Of a stretch of 28,608 nucleotides of DNA, positions 8,319 through 16,713 are shown one piece after another; positions within the stretch are counted from its first letter, which is position 1; each line of letters begins with the position of its first letter. A program made the translations under genes and the position numbers. Under the pieces are notes generated by a model, which worked only from the letters and a program-made list of their open reading frames with translations, did not search any database and was not told the origin of the DNA. The stretch lies in sequence record DRR723986_5073. The stretch is one strand, 5' to 3'.

Positions 8319-9725
8319 ATGGCTGAGCACGCTTACGATTTCGACCTGTTTGTGATCGGAGGCGGCTCCGGTGGGGTGCGCGCGGCGCGTATCGCAGCCA
8401 TCGCCGGCGCGCATGTGGGACTTGCGGAAGAATACCGGATGGGCGGCACCTGCGTGATCCGCGGCTGTGTGCCCAAGAAGTTCATGGTCTATGCCAGCCA
8501 GTATGGGAAAGACATCGAGAAGTCTGCCGGCTATGGCTGGAGCGTCGGTGACGTCTCGTACGATCACGGAACATTTGCTGCCGCGATGCATGCCGAGGTC
8601 GATCGGCTGTCGGGCATCTATTTCCGCAACCTCAAAAATGCGGGCGTCGATATTTTCGAAGAGCGTGCCGAGTTCGTGGATGCGCATACCATCCGCCTGA
8701 AAAACAGCGGCAAGACGATCACCGCGGAGAAGATCCTGATCGCCGTCGGCGGCGCGCCCTGGCGCCCATCCCCGGAAGAGCTGCCGGGCGTCGAACACAC
8801 CATCACTTCGAATGAGGTGTTTCATCTGGAAGACCTGCCGCAGCATGTCGTGATCGCAGGCGGCGGTTACATCTCGGTTGAGTTCGCACACATCTTCGCC
8901 GGGCTCGGCGTGCCGACCTGCCTCGTCTATCGCGGCGAGGAAGTGCTGCGCGGCTTCGATGCCGATGTGCGTACGGCGGTGCATGAAGGACTGAAAGAAG
9001 CCGGTGTGCGGGTTGTGACCGGCGCGGTGTTCGACAAGATCGAGAAGCGGGACGGTGGAGATCTTCCGCTTCACATTACACTTTCGAGCGGCAGCCATAT
9101 CGATGCCGATGTCGTGCTGATGGCCGTTGGCCGCCGCCCCAATACAGAAGGACTGGGCTGCGAAGCGGCCGGGATTGAGCTGGATGACAATGGCGCCGTC
9201 AAAGTGGACGAATGGTCCAAGACCAATGTCGACAGCGTCTGGGCTGTTGGCGACGTCACTGACCGTGTGGCACTTACACCGGTTGCGATCCGTGAAGGCC
9301 ACGCCTTTGCCGATACCGAGTTCGGCGGCAATCCGTGGCACTTCGATCATTCGGATATTGCGACGGCCGTCTTCTCCCAGCCGGAAGTCGGCACGGTCGG
9401 CCTCAGCGAGGCCGATGCCCGCAAGGCCTATGGCGCGGACATCGATATCTACAAGACCAACTTCAAGCCGATGAAGAACGCCCTCAATGGCGACACCAGC
9501 CGTGTGCTGATGAAGCTGGTCGTGCGCGCATCCGATGAAAAAGTGCTGGGGGTTCACATGGTGGGCGACGATGCGGCTGAAATCATCCAGGCTGTTGGCA
9601 TCGCCATCAAGATGGGCGTCACCAAGCCGGACTTCGACCGCACCTGTGCCGTGCACCCCTCCGTCTCGGAAGAGCTCGTGACCATGCGGACGAAATGGGT
9701 ACCGGAAGTGACGAGCAACGCCTGA
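8319..9725 (+). CDS. gor: Glutathione-disulfide reductase
   Basis: GGGSGGVRAAR, GGTCVIRGCVPKK redox-active disulfide, GGGYISVEFA, LTPVAI, HPSVSEE. Confidence 0.97.
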   Translation: MAEHAYDFDLFVIGGGSGGVRAARIAAIAGAHVGLAEEYRMGGTCVIRGCVPKKFMVYASQYGKDIEKSAGYGWSVGDVSYDHGTFAAAMHAEVDRLSGIYFRNLKNAGVDIFEERAEFVDAHTIRLKNSGKTITAEKILIAVGGAPWRPSPEELPGVEHTITSNEVFHLEDLPQHVVIAGGGYISVEFAHIFAGLGVPTCLVYRGEEVLRGFDADVRTAVHEGLKEAGVRVVTGAVFDKIEKRDGGDLPLHITLSSGSHIDADVVLMAVGRRPNTEGLGCEAAGIELDDNGAVKVDEWSKTNVDSVWAVGDVTDRVALTPVAIREGHAFADTEFGGNPWHFDHSDIATAVFSQPEVGTVGLSEADARKAYGADIDIYKTNFKPMKNALNGDTSRVLMKLVVRASDEKVLGVHMVGDDAAEIIQAVGIAIKMGVTKPDFDRTCAVHPSVSEELVTMRTKWVPEVTSNA

Positions 9726-9788
9726 CGCCGTCGTGCGTCATGGCATTGTTTCGCACAAGTCTCCATTCGCAATCGAGGCCGAACGCTT

Positions 9789-11096
9789 TTAGTGCGTTTC
9801 GTCGCAGAGCGTCTTCAGTTCCAGTGCAATCGTCTTCAGGCTTTCGCGGATCTGCTTCAGCCCGCCGCCGCGTCCAGAATGGATGACCAGCTGTTTCCAG
9901 GCGGGCTGGCCTTCCTGCGGCGGCTTGATGGCAAGGTGCTTTGATCGCGGCAGGGCCGATTTCAGCAAGGCGTCCGACAGCTTGAACCCGGCAACGTCAT
10001 CGAACGCGCCATTCCGGGCATCGGCCTCGAACGTGGATTGCTCGGAGCGGCTGACCGCATTGAACAGCACGGAAAGAGCCGGGCGCTTCGCCGCCGGGAT
10101 CTGCGTCCGCACGACTTGGTTCAGCAGCTTCACCCCGCGCAGGGAATAGATATCGGTATGCATCGGCGCCAGAACGCGGTCTGCCGCTTCCAGCGCGCAG
10201 CGCGTGAGGAAGGTTGCGTTGGGGTTTGTATCGAACACGATCAGGTCGTATTCGCTGCGATAGAAGTCCACCTGGCGCAGGAAGTGGAGCTTGATCTTCT
10301 CCAGGGCTTCATTGTCGGTGGCGAAGGCGTATTTCGAGATCTCGAACTGGCCGGAAATGATATCGAACCGGCCGGGCGGGCTGTTGCCGTCTGCCATGAG
10401 GTCGTGGACGAGATAGTCCCGCGCAACCGGGGCAAAGGGCTCGGTCGACAGGTTCAGCCAATGCTCCGCCGGGCTTTCCGCGTCGCGGGTATGCAGGCGG
10501 GACCGTTCGAACAGGGAAATGACGGACCGGTCGGCTGCCGCGCTCTCGTCGGCGACGTCCATCTCATAGAAAGTCTGGGTCAGATTGTATTGCGGATCGA
10601 GATCGATCAGCAGGATGCGTCCGCCTGCCATGGCGTGCCACGCGCCGAACACCTGCGCGGAGACGGTCGTCTTGCCGACCCCGCCCTTGAGGTTCATCAC
10701 CGCGATGACCGGGCATTTCCTCTTGTAGGCATCCTGGGTCTGCTGGACGAGCTGCTCCAGGCCGCCGGGCGTGGTGCTGGACAGGCGCAGATGCGGCTGG
10801 ACTTCCTGCTTGAAGAAGCCGTTCAGGCGCGCCTTGTCGATTTGGTAGGGGATCAGCGGCAGGCCGCGGGCCTTGGCGCGCTCGATATCCTGCCGCACCG
10901 ACTTCGAACGCACCGAGGAGGCCGAGACCAGCACGATCATCGCGAACGCATCGTCGATATGTTCATTGTTACGCTGACGGTCATTGTCGTCGTCAGGTGC
11001 GAATTTGACCGGAACAGAGGCGGCCCGCATCGCTTCGTGAAGCTTCAGCAGGTCGTCGAGGTCCAGCGTCGAGTGGGCGATGTAGACGTGAGACAT
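9789..11096 (-). CDS. TIR-like domain / ParA-family ATPase fusion protein (435 aa)
   Basis: aa 1-105 fit the TIR_2 pattern (VYIAHS; MIVLVSASSVRSKSVRQDIERAK..GLPLIPY). aa 128-435 are ParA: IAVMNLKGGVGKTT, LIDLDPQYNLT, LIVFDTNP, ALEAADRVLAP. ParA call is strong, TIR call moderate. Confidence 0.85.
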   Translation of the reverse strand: MSHVYIAHSTLDLDDLLKLHEAMRAASVPVKFAPDDDNDRQRNNEHIDDAFAMIVLVSASSVRSKSVRQDIERAKARGLPLIPYQIDKARLNGFFKQEVQPHLRLSSTTPGGLEQLVQQTQDAYKRKCPVIAVMNLKGGVGKTTVSAQVFGAWHAMAGGRILLIDLDPQYNLTQTFYEMDVADESAAADRSVISLFERSRLHTRDAESPAEHWLNLSTEPFAPVARDYLVHDLMADGNSPPGRFDIISGQFEISKYAFATDNEALEKIKLHFLRQVDFYRSEYDLIVFDTNPNATFLTRCALEAADRVLAPMHTDIYSLRGVKLLNQVVRTQIPAAKRPALSVLFNAVSRSEQSTFEADARNGAFDDVAGFKLSDALLKSALPRSKHLAIKPPQEGQPAWKQLVIHSGRGGGLKQIRESLKTIALELKTLCDETH

Positions 11097-11245
11097 GATC
11101 TCGCGGCGGTCCCTTCAGGCTTGCCTCAGGTCCTGTCTAAGTAAGGGGAGGCGGGGTGATTCCGCCAGCTTTCTGCTGTGAAATTGTGGTGAAACTTGAG
11201 CGATCGCCTGCCATGTGATTAATGCGGCCATCAATGGAGCGTAAG

Positions 11246-12625
11246 ATGAGCAACTGGACCCCTTCCGACTGGCGCGAACTGCCGGCGAAGCACATCCCGG
11301 AAGATTACCCGGATACTGCAGCACTTGCTGCAGTAGAGGCCCGTCTGCGCTCGTTTCCACCGCTTGTTTTTGCCGGGGAAGCCCGACGGCTGAAAACACG
11401 CCTGGCCGAAGTGGCCGCGGGCGATGCTTTCCTGCTTCAGGGCGGCGACTGTGCCGAAAGCTTCAAGGAATTCCATCCGGACAACATCCGCGACACGTTC
11501 CGCGTGATTTTGCAGATGGCCGTCGTGCTGACCTTCGCCGCTGCCAAGCCGGTGGTGAAGGTGGGCCGTATTGCCGGCCAGTTCGGCAAGCCGCGGTCTG
11601 CTCCGATCGAGACGATCGATGGCGTGACGCTGCCGTCCTACCGGGGCGACAACATCAACGGCATGGATTTCACGCCGGAAGCGCGCATGCCCGATCCGGA
11701 GCGCCTGATTCAGGCCTACTCCCAGTCGGCAGCGACGCTGAACCTGCTGCGCGCCTTCAGCCAGGGTGGCTATGCCAGCCTCGCCAACGTGCACCGCTGG
11801 ATGCTCGGCTTTGTGGATCGCAGCTCTCAGGGTGAACGCTATGAGAAGCTGGCGGACCAGATCTCGGCCTCGTTGCGCTTCATGGAAGCGGTCGGACTGA
11901 ACGCCGAAACCGTGCCCCAGATGGCGCAGGTGGAGTTCTACACCAGCCACGAAGCCCTGCTGCTCGGCTACGAGGAAGCGCTGACCCGCATCGATTCCAC
12001 GTCTGGCGACTGGTACGACACGTCGGCCCACATGCTGTGGATCGGCCACCGGACCCGTCAGGTGGATCATGCCCATGTCAATTTCTGCAACGGGATCAAG
12101 AACCCGATCGGCATCAAGTGCGGCCCCGGTATGGAGCCGGACGAGCTTGTTCGCCTGATCGAGACGATCAATCCGACAGACGAGGCAGGCCGGATCACGC
12201 TGATCACGCGCTTTGGCTCCGATGGCGTGGCGAAGGGACTGCCGCCGCTGGCACGTGCCGTAAAGGCAAGCGGCCGCACGGTGGTGTGGTCCTGCGATCC
12301 GATGCACGGCAACACGCTGAAGACCGACTCCGGCTTCAAGACGCGTCCGGTGGACCGTATCCTCTCCGAGGTGCGCCAGTTCATCGACGTCATGAACGCC
12401 GAAGGCTGTTACCCGGGCGGGGTTCACTTCGAGATGACCGGCCAGAATGTCACCGAATGTATCGGCGGCGCGCAGGCCATCTCCGAGGACGACCTCTCCA
12501 GCCGCTACCACACGCACTGCGACCCGCGACTGAACGGTGAGCAGGCGCTGGAGCTGGCCTTCCTGGTGGCAGAGAAGCTTCAGGCGCTCGGCAATGGCAA
12601 GGACGCGGCCCGCAAGGCCGGCTGA
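11246..12625 (+). CDS. Class II 3-deoxy-7-phosphoheptulonate (DAHP) synthase, start MSNWTP, 459 aa
   Basis: [58 protein letters not shown] before ATG 11246. Confidence 0.96.
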   Translation: MSNWTPSDWRELPAKHIPEDYPDTAALAAVEARLRSFPPLVFAGEARRLKTRLAEVAAGDAFLLQGGDCAESFKEFHPDNIRDTFRVILQMAVVLTFAAAKPVVKVGRIAGQFGKPRSAPIETIDGVTLPSYRGDNINGMDFTPEARMPDPERLIQAYSQSAATLNLLRAFSQGGYASLANVHRWMLGFVDRSSQGERYEKLADQISASLRFMEAVGLNAETVPQMAQVEFYTSHEALLLGYEEALTRIDSTSGDWYDTSAHMLWIGHRTRQVDHAHVNFCNGIKNPIGIKCGPGMEPDELVRLIETINPTDEAGRITLITRFGSDGVAKGLPPLARAVKASGRTVVWSCDPMHGNTLKTDSGFKTRPVDRILSEVRQFIDVMNAEGCYPGGVHFEMTGQNVTECIGGAQAISEDDLSSRYHTHCDPRLNGEQALELAFLVAEKLQALGNGKDAARKAG

Positions 12626-12699
12626 CGTACGCTTTTAAAGCGGCCTGTCAGGCCGGGTGCGACAGCCAGATCCGTCTCCGTCAGGACACGGAAACTTTA

Positions 12700-12724
12700 C
12701 AAGGCCGGATCTGATCCGGCCTTG
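12700..12724. repeat. Perfect 12-bp inverted repeat with 1-nt spacer (hairpin, terminator or operator)
   Basis: CAAGGCCGGATC-T-GATCCGGCCTTG; a smaller CGGCCTG-T-CAGGCCG lies at 12641-12655. Confidence 0.6.
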
Positions 12725-12789
12725 CTTCGCACAACATTATTCAACAAGACACACAGCCCGGCGTATGACGCCGGGCAGAGGGTATTCCA

Positions 12790-14202
12790 ATGCGGAGCAT
12801 GAACTGGCCGGCCTGGGTCCGGCTTGGGGACATTATTGATTTGTTGCGCCTGTCGGTGCCGATTGCCATCTCGCGCATGGCGATGATGCTGATGAGCATG
12901 ACGGACGCTGTAGTGCTGGGCCAGTTTGCGCCCGGTGAGCTGCCGTTCGTTCTGAACTCATGGCTTCCCATGGGCGTGACGCTGGGCTTCAGCATGGGCA
13001 TCCTGATCGGGGTGCAGGTGCTGACGTCGGAGATGCTGGGCATCGGTCACCACGCGCAGTCGGGACGTATCTTCCGGCGCGGGATGGTCGCGGCCATCGG
13101 GCTGGGCCTGGTCCTGCTGGGTATTGTGGTCCTGATCGCGGAGCCGCTGTTTTACTGGCTGTTCGTCGAAATCGCGCCACGCTCCAATGATGTCGGCCTG
13201 GCCGACCCGGAACATGTTGCGGCCTCGACGGCATCGGTTACGCGCATCCTGGCGCTGGCCTTGCCGGGCTTCACCATTTCGACCGTGTGCAGCCTTTATC
13301 TCGAGGCGCTGCGCCGGCCGACGCTGGTGGCCGTCATCAGCTATGGCGGTGTGCTTCTGAACATCGTGCTGGACCTTGCCTATGTCGGCGGATTCTGGGG
13401 GCTGCCCCAGATGGGCGCAGAGGGGGTTGCCATTGCGACGACCGGCTCACGGTATGCGATCGCGGTCGTCATGTTCGTGGCGGTCCTCTTCCTGACGCCG
13501 GCTTTCCGCGCGTCGACCAAGGCGGAACCGGGCGAGGCGCGGCGCCAGTTTGAAGTCGGCATCGGCTCGGCCATTTCCAATGTCGCGGAGTGGGGCGGGT
13601 TCAATCTCACCTTCACGATCGCGACCTGGATCAGCCTGGCCGCAAACACCGTGTATGGATACACGATCCAGCTCGTCGGCTTCTGCTTCATGTTCTATAT
13701 GGGCATTGCCTCGGCAACGAGTGTCCGGGTGGCGGAAGCGTTCGGCCGTGGCAACAAGGAAGAGGTGGTCAATGCCGGCCGCCTCGGTGTTGCGGCGACG
13801 ATCCTGACAGGCGTGACGCTGGGGCTCGGCCTCGTCATCTTCAGCGGGCCGCTATCGGTGCTGCTGGTCGATGGCGAGGCGGTGATCGACGGGGTCCGGA
13901 TTGCGCCTGCCATCGCATCGCTATTGTTCCTGGCGTCGGTCATGACGGTGTTCGACGGGATTCAGGCCACGGCGTCCTTCGCGCTGCGGGCACAGGAGAT
14001 CGTCTGGTCGCCGAGCCTGATCCATATCGGCTCGTTCTTCCTGGTGATGCTGCCGGCCTGCTACTGGCTGGGCATCGTGCAGGGGCACGGGGCGAAAGGC
14101 ATGATGGAAGGCGCCCTGATCGGCGTGTTTGTGGCGGGGACGCTGCAGACGTTGATGCTGGAACTGAAAGCGGCGCGTCCTTTGAAAGGACACGCCGCCT
14201 GA
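12790..14202 (+). CDS. MATE family efflux transporter
   Basis: About 12 hydrophobic segments; LLRLSVPI, TDAVVLGQ, PQMGAEGVAIAT, ATSVRVAEAFG, FDGIQATASFALR. Start could alternatively be 12799. Confidence 0.9.
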   Translation: MRSMNWPAWVRLGDIIDLLRLSVPIAISRMAMMLMSMTDAVVLGQFAPGELPFVLNSWLPMGVTLGFSMGILIGVQVLTSEMLGIGHHAQSGRIFRRGMVAAIGLGLVLLGIVVLIAEPLFYWLFVEIAPRSNDVGLADPEHVAASTASVTRILALALPGFTISTVCSLYLEALRRPTLVAVISYGGVLLNIVLDLAYVGGFWGLPQMGAEGVAIATTGSRYAIAVVMFVAVLFLTPAFRASTKAEPGEARRQFEVGIGSAISNVAEWGGFNLTFTIATWISLAANTVYGYTIQLVGFCFMFYMGIASATSVRVAEAFGRGNKEEVVNAGRLGVAATILTGVTLGLGLVIFSGPLSVLLVDGEAVIDGVRIAPAIASLLFLASVMTVFDGIQATASFALRAQEIVWSPSLIHIGSFFLVMLPACYWLGIVQGHGAKGMMEGALIGVFVAGTLQTLMLELKAARPLKGHAA

Positions 14203-14235
14203 AACTCTAATTGTTCCGGTAACGGATGACCGGTC

Positions 14236-14502
14236 CTAGAGATCCTTCATTGCGGAGGCTGGCTTGAAGGAAGCCGATGTCTTCTCCGGGATCTTGATCG
14301 GTTCACCGGTTGCCGGGTTACGGCCGGTGCGGGCATTGCGGGTTTTCGGCGCGAAAGTGCCGAAGCCTGCGATGGCGACCTGCTTACGCGATTTCACCGC
14401 GTCAGCGATCGTATCGAATACAGCATCAACGGCCTTGCCGGCGTCGCTTTGCGACAGACCCGAAGCAGCGGCCACTGCCTTCGTAAGTTCACCCTTGTTC
14501 AT
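14236..14502 (-). CDS. hup: HU family nucleoid-associated protein (88 aa)
   Basis: MNKGEL...GFGTF...ARTGRNPATGEPIKIP...FKP; GAGGAG RBS before ATG 14502. Confidence 0.95.
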   Translation of the reverse strand: MNKGELTKAVAAASGLSQSDAGKAVDAVFDTIADAVKSRKQVAIAGFGTFAPKTRNARTGRNPATGEPIKIPEKTSASFKPASAMKDL

Positions 14503-14601
14503 ACGGGTTCTCCTCTGAGTTAAACGGCGATGCCCCGCCGTTGGTTCGACTAGTCCACGATTCGGAAACCCTGAACACGCCGGATTCCCAATAAACACGG
14601 G

Positions 14602-15516
14602 CTATATGCCTGGAATCCAGCCCTCTTCGGTCTGAATTTTCGTGTTTTCTGCCGTATCCACGCTTTTGGCTGTGGAAAAAGCAGCTGGAAGGGCCCCTTT
14701 TTCGTCGAGGGAGGCGAAATAATGGGCGATTCCGCGGACCTGGGCGGCATCCGGAGTTTCGCCGGATTCGGGGGTTACCTTGGTCAATGAGGGGTAAATC
14801 TCGGTCATCACGACCTTCACGTCAGTGAGCGCTTCCTCAGTCAGGGGTTCTGCGGGATCGAATTCGAACGGCCAGATCCGGGCGTCAGGCCAGGCCTCGC
14901 GCAGGGCGTGGACATGCGGAATCCCGGTCAGGGACTGGCTGCCGACACTGCCGGTATAGGCCAGCTGCCAGATGGACTTCGGCTGGCCGATTTTATTGTC
15001 CCGGAGATAGGCCTCTGCGATGCGGTATTCCCGCAGGGGCGCGCCGGTGAAATCAGGTTTTGTGCTACCCAGTGTCGAGACGACATCGCGCGCCGGCGCG
15101 CCCCAGAAGGGAAACGGGCCCTTGGAGATCGCATAGTTCATGCCAGCGGCGATGGCGTAACGCGCATTGGAATTGTCGGGCTTGTCCTTCAGCTTCGCGG
15201 CGAGGTGCTCATGCATTGCCTGCCACGGTGCCTTGCCGTCCAGCTTGAGGCCGAGGGCCTCTGCCGTGCCGGCCGGATAACCAAGCGAGAAGTCAAATCC
15301 CAAGAGAACACGGTCGCCGCGCTTCGTCAGCTTACCGACCATGTCCTCCAGGAAATTGCGGGCCTTAAGACGCGTCTCGATATTCACGGAGCGGTACTGC
15401 AGCTTCAGGCGTGCGTCCTTGGCCAGGATCCCAATCCAGATCGAATTGGGCCCGGTCACAGGCTTGGACGCCGCGCTCCAGTCCACCATGATGTACGCGT
15501 CGAAAAGGGTCGCCAT
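14602..15516 (-). CDS. Conserved hypothetical protein, DUF429-like predicted RNase H-fold nuclease
   Basis: N-terminal VDWSA, LLGFDFSLGYP, GSVGSQ, WPFE, EIYPS, C-terminal EEGWI; starts 2 nt after the upstream gene's stop. Confidence 0.6.
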   Translation of the reverse strand: MATLFDAYIMVDWSAASKPVTGPNSIWIGILAKDARLKLQYRSVNIETRLKARNFLEDMVGKLTKRGDRVLLGFDFSLGYPAGTAEALGLKLDGKAPWQAMHEHLAAKLKDKPDNSNARYAIAAGMNYAISKGPFPFWGAPARDVVSTLGSTKPDFTGAPLREYRIAEAYLRDNKIGQPKSIWQLAYTGSVGSQSLTGIPHVHALREAWPDARIWPFEFDPAEPLTEEALTDVKVVMTEIYPSLTKVTPESGETPDAAQVRGIAHYFASLDEKGALPAAFSTAKSVDTAENTKIQTEEGWIPGI

Positions 15517-15518
15517 GA

Positions 15519-16544
15519 CTATCCCAGTTTAACAAGCATCTTGCCAGTGTTTGCTCCGCTGAAGAGACCGATAAAGGCGTCCGGGGCCTTGTCGATTCCC
15601 TCCATCACGGTTTCCTGGAATTTCATCTGCCCTGCGGCGATCCATTTGGCCATATCCGCAAGGAAGGCCGGCTGCATATCGGCATGGGTAGAGACGATGA
15701 AACCCTGGATCTTCAGCTGCTTGCCGACGACCTGGATGATGTTATGCGGGCCAACCGGCGTGCCGGTTTCGTTGTACTGGGCGATCATCCCGCATTCGGC
15801 AAAACGTGCCATCGGGCGAGCGACTTCGATGGCCGCGGCCAAATGGTCGCCGCCGACATTGTCGAAATAGACGTCGATGCCTTTCGGAGCCGCCTTGCGC
15901 AGCGCGTCCATCAGCCCGTCAAAGCCTTTGGCTTCCTTGTAGTCGATGACATGGTCAGCGCCGAGCGACTTCACGAAGGCGCATTTGTCCGGCCCGCCAG
16001 CGGACCCGATGACGGTGCAGTTCTTGATCTTGGCGATCTGGACCACGGTGGAGCCCACCGCGCCTGCTGCGCCGGACACGAAAACCACATCGCCTTCCTT
16101 CAGTTCCGCGATGCGCAGGATGCCGGCATACGCCGTCAGGCCCGGCATGCCCGCGACCCCCAGGAACGCGCTGTCCGGCAGGCCGGTGTCGCCCGGCAGC
16201 TTCACCGCCATGGCGGTCGCCGGATCGCCAACCCATGCCGTGCGCCAGCCATTCATGGACTGGACAAGGTCGCCGACCTGGAAATCCGGATTGTTCGACG
16301 CGGTCACTCGGCCCACCGCGCCGCCCGTCATCGTCTCACCGATGCCGAAGGGCGGGACATAGCTTTCGCGGTCGTACATCCGCCCGCGCATGTAGGGGTC
16401 GACCGACATCCACGAATTCTGGACCTGGATCTCGCCCGGGCCTGGTTCGGCGATTTCGACCGTTTTCTTTTGGAAGTCGGACTGCTGCGGCAGGCCGACG
16501 GGGCGGCGGGCCAGTGCCCATTCAGTCGATGTAAGTGTAGTCAT
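15519..16544 (-). CDS. NADP-dependent oxidoreductase (CurA/YncB, prostaglandin-reductase-like MDR family)
   Basis: SVDPYMRGRM, GMPGLTAY, VSGAAGAVGS, GIDVYFDNVGG, CGMIAQYN, GANTGKMLV; AGGAGG RBS. Confidence 0.93.
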   Translation of the reverse strand: MTTLTSTEWALARRPVGLPQQSDFQKKTVEIAEPGPGEIQVQNSWMSVDPYMRGRMYDRESYVPPFGIGETMTGGAVGRVTASNNPDFQVGDLVQSMNGWRTAWVGDPATAMAVKLPGDTGLPDSAFLGVAGMPGLTAYAGILRIAELKEGDVVFVSGAAGAVGSTVVQIAKIKNCTVIGSAGGPDKCAFVKSLGADHVIDYKEAKGFDGLMDALRKAAPKGIDVYFDNVGGDHLAAAIEVARPMARFAECGMIAQYNETGTPVGPHNIIQVVGKQLKIQGFIVSTHADMQPAFLADMAKWIAAGQMKFQETVMEGIDKAPDAFIGLFSGANTGKMLVKLG

Positions 16545-16713
16545 TCGTGATTCCTCCTGCTTGGTTTCTTGTGTTTGTCTTGCGCCCTAATTGGGCGCGA
16601 AGGTGAGCGCTGTGAAGGGGCAATCGGGAAGAAACCCGCTGCGGCCGGGCTGTGCCACGGCCTTGATACCATGGCAGTTGGGTGCCATTCCGGTCAGGAC
16701 AGAGGGCTAGGAC

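Noticed and set aside
5816-9656. Long antisense ORFs 5816-7570 (584 aa) and 8103-9656 (517 aa)
   Set aside because: Shadow frames opposite glmU and gor, expected from high-GC codon bias; no recognisable motifs
9789-11096. Chromosomal ParA of a parABS locus, or a complete Thoeris-type defence operon
   Set aside because: No parB, parS palindrome or gidAB context, no ThsA-type effector adjacent, and the TIR Glu appears absent
11231-12517. 428-aa antisense ORF (and the similar 10038-11144 and 20555-21865 ORFs)
   Set aside because: Antisense shadows of well-supported genes
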